Below, one piece after another: positions 53,751 to 64,000 of a DNA stretch of 64,000 nucleotides. Below the pieces are notes generated by a model. The model was not told where the DNA came from. It worked only from the letters and a program-made list of their open reading frames with translations, and ran no database searches. How positions within the stretch are numbered: the stretch's first letter is position 1; every line of letters starts with the position of its first letter. The stretch covers positions 25,792,001 through 25,856,000 of the forward strand of contig CM022670.1 in assembly GCA_012295275.1 (NCBI GenBank), in the 5' to 3' direction. Source of the DNA: Chrysomallon squamiferum (lineage: Eukaryota > Animalia > Mollusca). A program made the position numbers and the translations under genes.

Positions 53751-55226
53751 TTGCTGAACGGAGGTGACAACCCGAGGCAATACCTGATCTTATAAATAAG
53801 ACTTCATATCCTTTTTTTATGGCTATGTGTCATTTACTGTTTACTTCATCGCGGCAGGTGTGTCCGTCTTATCCTTGTTACAAACATATTTACGACACCA
53901 TTAAGATGTCTGTAGGTATTCTTCTAGTAGCGCTTCCATTCTCTTATCACCTTTATTTGTTTTGGTCAAATGTCAAACCACAAATATCCGATGGTGTTGA
54001 TTTCCTGTCTGTGCTTAGAGATGGCGAGATTTCGTTATTTTGTTTTCTTTATTAAAATATTATTGTTCGTCTCAAATATACACATAATGTTTTCATGTGG
54101 TATTTCATACAATACCACAAACAGATGGGCAGTAAAGTAATACGTAGACAAACAGATGTACAAGTATATTGTATTAACGCATGTGACGCCTTTCTGAAAA
54201 TGTTCAAATAAATATATTCTCGTTTTGCTTTGTTTTTTGTTTTTTTTTTTTTTTTTGTTTTTTTTATTCATTATTTCTTGAGTACCAACATTTCTGTTGT
54301 TTTCTTTTATCAGTTATCTTTAACTTTCTAATTTTTTTTATTTTTTTATTTATTCTTTTTTTTTTTTTTTCTTTTTTTTTTTTACACTTTATTTTTTAAT
54401 GTTGGTTACATATTTGTTCCATCACTGTAAACCATATGTTAAAGAATATGATCAGAGACATTAACACAGTACATACTCCATCCAATTTGACAATGATACG
54501 TAATACAAGAGAGAACATCGCCCATAAAAATTGTTTATTTAAAATGTTCGTCTAACCAGGGACAGATACATTTACATTAAATTACCATCCATGATTACTA
54601 ACCTTTATAACCAATTTTTCAAAAAAAAAGTTATTCCATGGACAAGGGTTAATCTTCTTCATTATTCTGTTTCTCTGGTCGCCTGTATCAGAAGAATGCC
54701 TGCCAAACGGTGGTGTTTCGAGTAGATTGGTGACAGTAGCAGATACAAGCGAACTCGATACTATAATAAGTAGGTAAAGCATAAAGTAATAGTACAAATA
54801 CCATAGGTCCTGTTGCCTTTTTCTATTTCTTTTCTTGTCTCTTTTTAAAAAGTATATCCCGTGCCCCGAGGCCGTTTTGGCTCGATGAATTTCATCCGCG
54901 AACTTAATGTTAGAAGTCTGAAGCACCTCTTCATGTTATCTCTGTTTTCTTTTATCGCTGTAACCATTCTTTATGGCTTGACAAGTGAGTACAGCAAAGT
55001 AAAGATGAAAACAAACATTCAGTGTAAAGTAAATTCTAGAAATCTGAGCATTACGATGTATGTGAAAAAAGAAAAAGATTTATTTTCTTTCTGTTCAGGT
55101 GTCCAGTTAGTGTAACAGCTTATATAAAAATAGACACAAACACACACACACACACACACATAGACATATAAACATCATACACAAATAGATACACACATAC
55201 ATACCTAATTATATACATATACATAC

Positions 55227-55259
<33 letters not shown>

Positions 55260-55391
55260 GTTAAATTCATAGTTACGTATATACATACATACTTAATTAC
55301 ATTATCACACACAGGCATTTATACATACACCCACACAAATATAATGTATATACACAGAGTTTTTTCTTTTTTAATTGTTTGTTTTTGCTAT

Positions 55392-55470
<79 letters not shown>

Positions 55471-56004
55471 CATAAATCGCACTAGGACACAAACAGAAAG
55501 AAAAAACAATAGATTCTAAAACACAATGAATACACACACATGTATAGATACATACATAAATATATATAGACAGAAAGATAGATCTAGATCAAGATATAGA
55601 TACAGATATATGGGGCTGTTTATATAATGTTATGTAGCTTTTTCAGATGATGTTTTTATTTATTAATTTTTTTTTTACGTATATATTGTTATGTTTCCAT
55701 TAGCACCCATTATCACAAACACGATCTTTACCACCCAAGTAATCCTGAATTTAAATACATAACATATGCATATGAATTAATATAACAGCAATGAAAGTAG
55801 TAAAAAGAAATTATAACAGTAACAATATTCGTAGATGTTTTGCAATGATAAACCACATCATGAAACCTGATGCAAGTCTTTATTCATCGCTACCCTCCAA
55901 GCATACCTTATATAATATTATTATAATGTAACCAGTATAAAAAGAACCTGTTATGACATAACTAACAAAACAGGAAGACTGAAATACCAAACATAGGTGG
56001 AGTC

Positions 56005-56063
<59 letters not shown>

Positions 56064-56973
56064 CTGTGAATTTGATATATATTTTCTTTTTTAAACAAGG
56101 ATAACATGACTGATTTTGCTTATGCTGAATCAGCAGAGGTGTATTTAACCCTTATTAATTCTCACCCTCTTGCTGCCAGACCTAGACGTTACTTTTTTAA
56201 TGTTACAACGAAATTAATTTCAAAATGAAAAAATACCCTTCTTTAATACCTCTGACTTTTGTAAAGATCGGTCCCACACGACAACGCACAATGCAACAAT
56301 TTGTCTATTCTGATGCTAAAAATATCCACATTCACGTAATATAAAGTTATAATCCCTCATTGAAACAACCTATTTTTTTTTTTCTCAATAATAGATCAGT
56401 CCTTGTTGTAACAACTCTTGTCGTGTTTTTCTCTACTTGAGTTTATATTTGGTGACGGCCATATTTAATTATTATCACTAGAAAGAAAATGTTTTAATTT
56501 TTCGATATTATTTATAAAGTAGTGGAATTACGTGAATAGAATTTTAACGAAGAAATGGTTTAACAATTACAGAATGTGATATACAATGAACATTTCTAAA
56601 TATAAAATCGTATGTTGTGATTTGCGGGTCTCGGTGACCCAGATATATATATAGACATTTAGGTAAAGACCCGCGCAGTCAGACAAATTACACGCTTGTT
56701 TAGTTCATCAAAAACTGGAAATAAAACGTATATTAATGATGCCTCAACATTTTAATATTAGTGGACATTAGATGACATCAAAATGCTTCATATATAATTA
56801 TAATTTTGATATGAAAAAGGAGCCAAAATACAGTCATTCCATAGACCATCCTCAACAGCACGAAACTAGGAAATTGATATACCTTCCCACACACAGGGGA
56901 GCACTGGCTGGAATGAGCATTTCCAAAACTGTAGACCAAGTTTTTTTAAGTTTTTAATTATGCAGATTTTTGG

Positions 56974-57010
<37 letters not shown>

Positions 57011-57259
57011 CAAATTTTTAATTGTTTTTGGCATAATTAATATTAACTTTCACACTACCCCAAGCTGTATACTAGGAAGAATTACTTGTCCACACACATC
57101 CAATCTGGACGGGAGATAAATAAACCTAAATAAATAAAGATAATTAAAGTGGTCCACTTATCAACTCAACCGTTTCAGCTAGAAAATGTTCATATTTTGA
57201 AAATAAGTATACCTGTACTTTATTTTATAAACGTGTTTGTTGTTCAGTCATTGATTTTT

Positions 57260-57308
<49 letters not shown>

Positions 57309-58057
57309 ATATTTATTAATAATCTTTATTTTTTTATTATTATTACTGTTGTTGTTTTTTTCCTGTTGTTGTAGGGTTTTGGGAGGGTTTTTGTTGTTTT
57401 TTATTTATTTATTTTATTATTATTTATTTAATCATTTGAAAGCAACTATTAACTATAGCACTGAAATCAAAGAATCCTCAGTCTCTGTAGGTTTTTTCCT
57501 ACATATAAAATACATTTATGGATGAATGAATGAGAAACGTTTGGTGATAATGCTCTGAACATGTTCCCCCTGCTTTGTTACAAAATCAAAGAATTTCCAC
57601 ACAAAACACATACAAACACACAAACACACACACAGACAGACACGTAGAGAAGTGCTATTTTAGTAGCAGTAGATGAAGCTGTAAGAGTTAGGGTACATTT
57701 TTTAAATATATTTCATGCAAAAGATTTTAACAAATAACAGACACTGATTCATAGGACTAAAAATAGCTTAAATTACAAAAAAATCGTGTAAGCAAAAATA
57801 GCCACACAACTGCACTAATGCTAATAACGTAAAGTCTTAATTCTTTTTCTTTTTGTTTCATTTGTTTCAGAAATTTATATAAATCCAGTTATATTACATA
57901 CAAAACAGACCTGTTGAAACACACACACACACACACATATACACACATATACACACATACATATACACCAAGAAACATCAAAATTAAATAAATATAAAAA
58001 GAAGTAATGTGATGAGAAAACAAAACATGCTCATCATTTACACTTTCAGAAATGTGT

Positions 58058-58107
<50 letters not shown>

Positions 58108-58148
58108 CAAAAATATGTGCAAAAATAAAGAAATAAAAATAATTAAAG

Positions 58149-58649
58149 TCAAGGAAACAAAACATATTCTTCATTTACACTTTTAGGAGCTGAATGATGA
58201 ACTCTTGCATCTCTGATTTCATCTCTGCCAGTTTCATTCTCCTCACCCACTCCACTAGGTAACAAAGCCACCTGTACTACAACACACAGAGGTGCATTCA
58301 CCTGTTCACTACTGTCATAAACAGTCGTATCACCTGTTAAGCTTTCTGACTTGCCATATTTAGAGTAACTATCTACACTTCCGAATATCCTATACTCTTC
58401 ATCAGGAATTTCTTTTTCTATGTCTATCTTTGTTTCAGTAACATCTGAATAACCATCTTTTTGGTCATCATCATTTTCAATTTGTTTTTCATCGTCTGGT
58501 TTCAAACATGGTGTCTGTTCGTCCAACCGACTGCTCTCTCCTTTCCCATAATCCTTAGAAATTTTGGAATTCCTCTTTGTCTCACCTTTTGAACATTCCT
58601 TTGATTTGCCGTTAGTTGCTTCTGTTTGCATCAGAGATGTCGTATGATC
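58149..58649 (-). CDS. Cytokine receptor terminal cytoplasmic exon
   Basis: aaatgcag|GAT, phase 0. Acidic, Tyr-containing tail ending EEYVLFP* (ORF 58149..58655). Confidence 0.7.
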   Translation of the reverse strand, partial: DHTTSLMQTEATNGKSKECSKGETKRNSKISKDYGKGESSRLDEQTPCLKPDDEKQIENDDDQKDGYSDVTETKIDIEKEIPDEEYRIFGSVDSYSKYGKSESLTGDTTVYDSSEQVNAPLCVVVQVALLPSGVGEENETGRDEIRDARVHHSAPKSVNEEYVLFP

Positions 58650-60377
58650 CTGCATTTTGATTATAAATATTTCAGATTTATTATTTATTAACTGACAAGT
58701 GAAGTCATAATAATATTAATACATTTGCCTTTTATTGTATAATTTATAACCTTTGTAATAACAGAGATATTTTATTCATTAAATATTACGGAAAAGGAAG
58801 AGTTGAAAATTCAGATCAATAAAAATTAATTATTTCTTATATACATTATCTCACAGTAACAGATATTACTATGTATTTTAATTCACTTAGCTAAATGCAT
58901 GTATTATAAAGTGTAGTAAATATTTTTCAGTAATCAATTGTCCTGGCACTTTATATGATTTTTATTATCTTTGATGATGTTACAATAAAGTTTACAAATA
59001 GCCTGCTTATTATGTAAAAATAGATTATCTGGAATATTTCAGTATCTCTCTTTTATAACTAATTAATTTGAAAGAAACAATCTATAATTTTTTTTTAATA
59101 ATTATTATTATTTTTTAGTGCTTATTAATTAAAATTACATTTCAGACCTCATTTAACTGAGCTTACTGTAGAAATTATTAAATAAAATTCATTAAAACCA
59201 TATTATAAGAAATGTATAAAATAAAATTACAGTTTTAAGAACATCTAAAGATGATTATTACCTCATGCTGCTGCCTTCTGAAGTTGTTTAAGGGGTAGAT
59301 GAAACGCATTTTAAGTTTATAGTTTCCCTTTGTTTGTGAACATTTCCTAGAATGAAAATGTTATTCTGAAATATTCTAGAAGCATAGTGCTAGTTATTTA
59401 AGGGAAAAAAATAATTTGTTCAGATATTAGTATTACATTGGGAAAAATTAAAAAGCAAATGTCATTTTCAGTTTCTATCCATTCTGAATATATTTCAAAA
59501 GTTACGTAGTAGTAGTAGCAGTAGCAGTAGTAATAGTAGTAGTATCATTATCTTTCTCATCATTATTATAATAATTATCATTATTATTATTAATATATAT
59601 ATACATATTCGTACCCTATCTAAAACAAAACAGATTTTTTTTAATAAGGAATTCAGTCTTATTAGAGATGTTAGATTTATCTCCCTTTGGTTAAATCATT
59701 AATTTTTAGAAAAAACATCCAGAACAATTTTATCGTTAATAATAAACTGTACAATGATACTGAAAGATTATTTAAAAATAATTTATAACAAATAAACAAT
59801 CAGAAAAATAAATTATTTTATTGTCTCCATAGCAATACTGATTTCTGTGACTCACATTTTGTTATCAAGCATGATATAGAAACTGTTATAGATTATTATT
59901 GTCTTTATTATGTTGGATAGTGCTTACTAAAAGTTAATAATTTACCTATAGATCATGAAGACTGCCACAAGTACTACTGATACAACAACTCCTATGACAA
60001 TCCCAGCAATAGCTCCAGGTTGTAAGCCTGCAAATTTATATAAATGTGGTTTAAGGTATATTTGTATAAAACATCAATTAAAATATATTAAAACACAATC
60101 AAATAAATATATCAAGATATAGGTCAGGGTAGAGCTGTGGTTTTCGAAAATAGATTCTGCAGTTAATTGTTGTTAGATAACATAATTTTCAAGATGGAAT
60201 TATCTAAGTGAGAGAGACAGACAGAGGCAGGAGATGTGTGTTTCCATGTGTGTGTTGTGTGAAGGTTATAGTGTGAGAGAGAAAAATGTCTTTGAGCATA
60301 ACAATATAGATGTGAGAAAGATAATGTGTGTGTGTGAATGTATGTATGTATGTATGCTTGCTTGTATTTGTGTGTGT

Positions 60378-60434
<57 letters not shown>

Positions 60435-60458
60435 ATGCTTGCTTGTGTTTGGAGGTGT

Positions 60459-60494
<36 letters not shown>

Positions 60495-61193
60495 TGTGTC
60501 TGTTTGTTTGTGAGGGTATGTGCATATTTATTAGTGTCTACATCTATATGTAAGCATGTATGTGAGTGTTTGTATCTGTGGTTTGGTTCGGGGTTTTGTA
60601 TGTATATGAGTAGACTGTTAGTAAACAAAGGCCTCAAGTCTTATCTATAACAAATATGTCTGACCTGATAGTTTCACCTTTGCCTCTACTGACACACTTG
60701 GAGGACCTAGCCCAGCTCTCGATGCTGCCCTGATGTTTACACTGTATGTGACATCTCCCTTTAAACCTCTCATAATGTAACTAGTAGCAGTATTGGTCAC
60801 ATTTGAATCTGAAATACACTGCAAATTTTAACATTTTCTGGATGGCCTTTTACTCTGTTTGTATGAAGGTGTATGTTTATATGTATGTGTGTATGTATGT
60901 ATGTGTGTGTGTATGTATGTGTGTATGTATGTATGTATGTATGAAATATATAGCAAACAATGTGCAAACTAATTGAAGTTTAATGTGTTTTTTTATTTTC
61001 TGTATTTATGTGTGTTAGCATATGGTGTGTGATGTGTTTTTTTTTTGTTTGTGTTTATATATATAATACAGATAAACAGAGATATATATAACCACAACAT
61101 TGCATATATATATATATATATATATATGCAGACATACACCTTGTTCACCTTTGCTAACATAATAAGCTACATTTATCTATCACTCTATATAGT

Positions 61194-61231
<38 letters not shown>

Positions 61232-63260
61232 CACACATATGCATGTGCATACTAAAATGAATAAAGGCATTTAATATGTTTTACCTGTACAGCCCTGGTC
61301 TTTTCCAGTTTCACACAAACGTGTGACATAGTGGGTGATGTACGGTTGTGATCTGCGACAGGCTGGCTTTTGCCACATGATGCCAAGTACTCCACCTTCT
61401 TGAATGGGCATCATCTTGAAGTTATCAGGTGGGTAGGGAAGTTCTGTGTGACGAAAGAAAAAAATGACATTTCGTTGTTTTAGGCATATAATTTGATATA
61501 CATACACACACACATACATATATTAGGTTTGTTTTATTTCAATAAATTACTTGTTATTCAGACACACATGTATATATCTGTATATGTATGTATGTATGTA
61601 TGTACATATATGTGTAAATATATATATATTTATATATATACATATGTATGTATGTAGGTATGTGTGTCTGTGGGAGTGTGTGTGTGTGTGTGTGTGTGTG
61701 TGTCTCTCTAAATGCATATACATAATATATATATTGTTCAAAATTATTTCTTAGTGTTTAATTCTCATTAAGATTTTAAAAGAGTGTTTTAAAAATAACT
61801 GTAATTTAAAAAATAAGAAATAAATTGTTGTTTGTTAAGAACTATTTTGTTTTGTTGTGTAGATTCTGTAGACAAAAAAACAAAATCAATATGCATGTGT
61901 CTTCTCTAGTGAGCAGTAAGTTCAGAAATAAAACAGTTAATTTAATTTAGTTTTTGTATTATTTAGGATTATATGTGTGTGTGTGTGTGTGTAATATAGA
62001 TATACACATGCATACACACACTCATATTACATATATACATATACACATTTCTCTTTTGTTTCTATTACTATTTATGATGTTTCATTTTCTTTTGGGGGAT
62101 TTTCTTTTTTAATGCCTTTCTTTTTGTTTTGACTGCTTTTCTTTTGATCATCTTATACAAGTTTAAATGTATATGTCACTGTATTAATAACAACACACTA
62201 AATATAAACAAGTGATTTCTGATTCGAACAATCGCTGGTTAGCTATTCAAACAGGCTACTTAACATTATTATAACACTAACTGGAGTTTTTGTAGTAGCT
62301 GTAGATGCAGTGGCTCCACTGTATGCCACTGCTGATGATGTTGCCATCCACTTCCACTTCTCTTGAAATTCCAAATTTGTATGTGCTGGTATGTCCAGCA
62401 ATGGAATCAGGTAAAATCATGTGTAGAGTTGTCTGGTGTCCTTTAACAGCTCTCCAGTTTAAATGGTGCTGTGAAATAAATGAGAAATGTTGATTTTCTG
62501 ACAGAAGTGTGCGACTCAGATGAGTTAGAAAAAGTAGACAAGAGTTTCATGCGAGTAATCACGAAACTGTCAGTTAATGGTGGTGCACATCAGTGAAAGT
62601 GTATGTGTGACTGGGTGTTGGATGGTATGTCTGTTTGTATGAGATTTTGTGTGGGTTTGGGTGTGTTGTGTGTGCATGTTTATGTATGCTGTGTTTCTGA
62701 GTATGGGTCATTCCGTGTCAAATCACCCAGTGGGTTAAACCCGACTGTCTCAGATTTTTATAAAACTTGGTATACTTTTTGACTGGGATCCCACAGCACC
62801 AAATCTGAAATATTATTAAATCTGATTAAATTTCAATAAAGGTCATCTCAAAGTCACGTGATCCACATGGTCAATTTCAAGGTTGGTGGTCACGCCCATT
62901 TTTGCCAAAAATCTAAAAATTTGGTGGGCCATATCTCCCATGCCACTGGTCCAACTGGGCTAAAATTTCAGATTTGTGGGATCCCAGTCAACAAGTATAC
63001 CAAGTTTCATAAAAATCTGAGACGGCTGGGTTTAAATTTGTTTTTGTTTTTTGTGTGATTTGACATGGAATGACCTTTGTGTATGTTATTAGATTATCCC
63101 ACACAACATCAAATATACACCTTCTTGAATGGACAACATATATATATATATATATATATACTTTCTTTGAAGACTGATTTTAATCCCTGAATATCCTACA
63201 TATTCACTCAAACAAGAGGAAAGATATTTATGTATCTTAGGACTGGGTTAATATATTTAG

Positions 63261-63317
<57 letters not shown>

Positions 63318-63903
63318 CAAATATAAAGGTTTATGTTATTTTAAAATGAAAGAAATAAATAAACAAAATATGTTACAATTCAAAAACAAACATATATATT
63401 CAGAAATTTTTAGGAAAATCAGAAATAACTGATTTACTTCAAATATACAATTCTCACCTAGAGACATATCTAAGGTGATGCATAAGCCATGGGTGCCATT
63501 TTAATTGGTCACCTCTTGTCAGTTTCTGTTGCGTTAAAATTACATAAAAATTACGTTACATTACTTGGAAATGGTGCAGAGTACTTGCCATGGATGTGGT
63601 TTCCCTTAGAAGTGTCACATTATTTCAGTCATTTCAGCATGTTAACTTTAGCCATTCTGCGCGATTCCCTAATCGATATATCAATATATCTGTTGTTAAG
63701 CAGGTCTATATTCGCTCTAAGTAAGCTTCACAAAACAGAAAGTCTGACCTTGCATCCATGTCCCAATACGAGCTGATGACACCAGTATATAGTGCATCCA
63801 GCATCAAGTGACTTCTTTCTCAACAGCCACGATAGTCGATACTTGGTCACGTTTGGTTCTAACTGTTCAGCTTCAACAACGAATCGCTTGGGGAAAGACG
63901 GCT
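58149..63903 (-). CDS. Domeless/gp130-like class I cytokine receptor, 3' part (~436 aa; 5' end outside the window): complement(join(58149..58649,59262..59346,59946..60027,60665..60808,61285..61443,62282..62468,63749..63903))
   Basis: Seven exons with matching phases (0,1,1,1,2,0). Membrane-proximal FN3 domains contain 'TIYWC...GC...LNW...YKFGIS...SSGIQWSHC', the pattern I associate with Domeless-like receptors. A single TM helix (GAIAGIVIGVVVSVVLVAVFMIY) is followed by a ~195 aa disordered tail with no catalytic domain. Confidence 0.75.
59262..59346 (-). CDS. Cytokine receptor juxtamembrane exon
   Basis: cattctag|G AAA...GAG|gtaata, phase 2 to 0. Encodes KCSQTKGNYKLKMRFIYPLNNFRRQQHE. Confidence 0.7.
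59946..60027 (-). CDS. Cytokine receptor transmembrane exon
   Basis: tttgcag|...TAT AG|gtaaat. Encodes LQPGAIAGIVIGVVVSVVLVAVFMIY. Confidence 0.85.
60665..60808 (-). CDS. Cytokine receptor exon (last FN3, C-half)
   Basis: tatttcag|...TCA G|gtcaga. Encodes SNVTNTATSYIMRGLKGDVTYSVNIRAASRAGLGPPS, with the FN3 'L..xxxY.V.I.A....G.G' pattern. Confidence 0.85.
61285..61443 (-). CDS. Cytokine receptor exon (last FN3, N-half)
   Basis: cacacag|...ACA G|gtaaaa, 159 nt, phase 1-1. Encodes LPYPPDNFKMMPIQEGGVLGIMWQKP...YVTRLC. Confidence 0.8.
62282..62468 (-). CDS. Cytokine receptor exon (FN3, C-half)
   Basis: atttcacag|CAC...TCC A|gttagt. Encodes HHLNWRAVKG...YKFGISREVEVDGNIISSGIQWSHCIYSYYKNS. Confidence 0.8.
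62705..63076. mobile_element. MITE with ~110 bp imperfect terminal inverted repeats, in a receptor intron
   Basis: GGTCATTCCGTGTCAAATCAC / GTGATTTGACATGGAATGACC termini, plus internal arms tctcagatttttataaaacttggtatact..ttgactgggatcccaca and their reverse complement at ~62975-63022. Confidence 0.85.
63749..63903 (-). CDS. Cytokine receptor exon (FN3, N-half)
   Basis: gttttag|AG CCG...TGC AAG|gtcaga. Encodes PSFPKRFVVEAEQLEPNVTKYRLSWLLRKKSLDAGCTIYWCHQLVLGHGCK. Confidence 0.8.
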
Positions 63904-64000
63904 CTAAAACAGTGAAACAGAATTAGTGAAATACTTAAATATCGTTCAATTCTTTATCTTATATTTCATATCTCTGTTTCTTTCTTTTCTGGATTTTTAT

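Noticed and set aside
60163-60650. Overlapping HT/CV-repeat ORFs (and similar ER, SL, IY, poly-I/L ORFs throughout the window)
   Set aside because: Translations of dinucleotide and trinucleotide microsatellites.
63450-63680. Possible extra receptor exon (GNRAEWLKL...)
   Set aside because: Stops occur in all three minus-strand frames, and the flanking exons already join in phase.

Overview
Eukaryotic, AT-rich, microsatellite-dense animal genomic DNA; the gene content and repeat style suggest a mollusc, probably a gastropod (inference). I reconstructed three spliced genes by hand, all with GT-AG introns and consistent phases. (1) A TMEM272-like multi-pass membrane protein, + strand, 4 coding exons, 6129-9476, 295 aa. 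(2) An ovo/shavenbaby/OVOL C2H2 transcription factor, - strand, 5 coding exons, 41503-31828, 490 aa, with an N-terminal SNAG motif and a Cys-to-Asp change in zinc finger 4. (3) The 3' part of a domeless/gp130-like FN3 cytokine receptor, - strand, 7 exons, 63903-58149, continuing beyond the window. The ovo gene sits in a ~48 kb otherwise gene-free interval containing complex CpG-containing islands, several MITEs, minisatellites and a ~0.5 kb inverted duplication with a near-identical core. Most ORFs in the supplied track are microsatellite artefacts. I found no rRNA, tRNA or CRISPR array.
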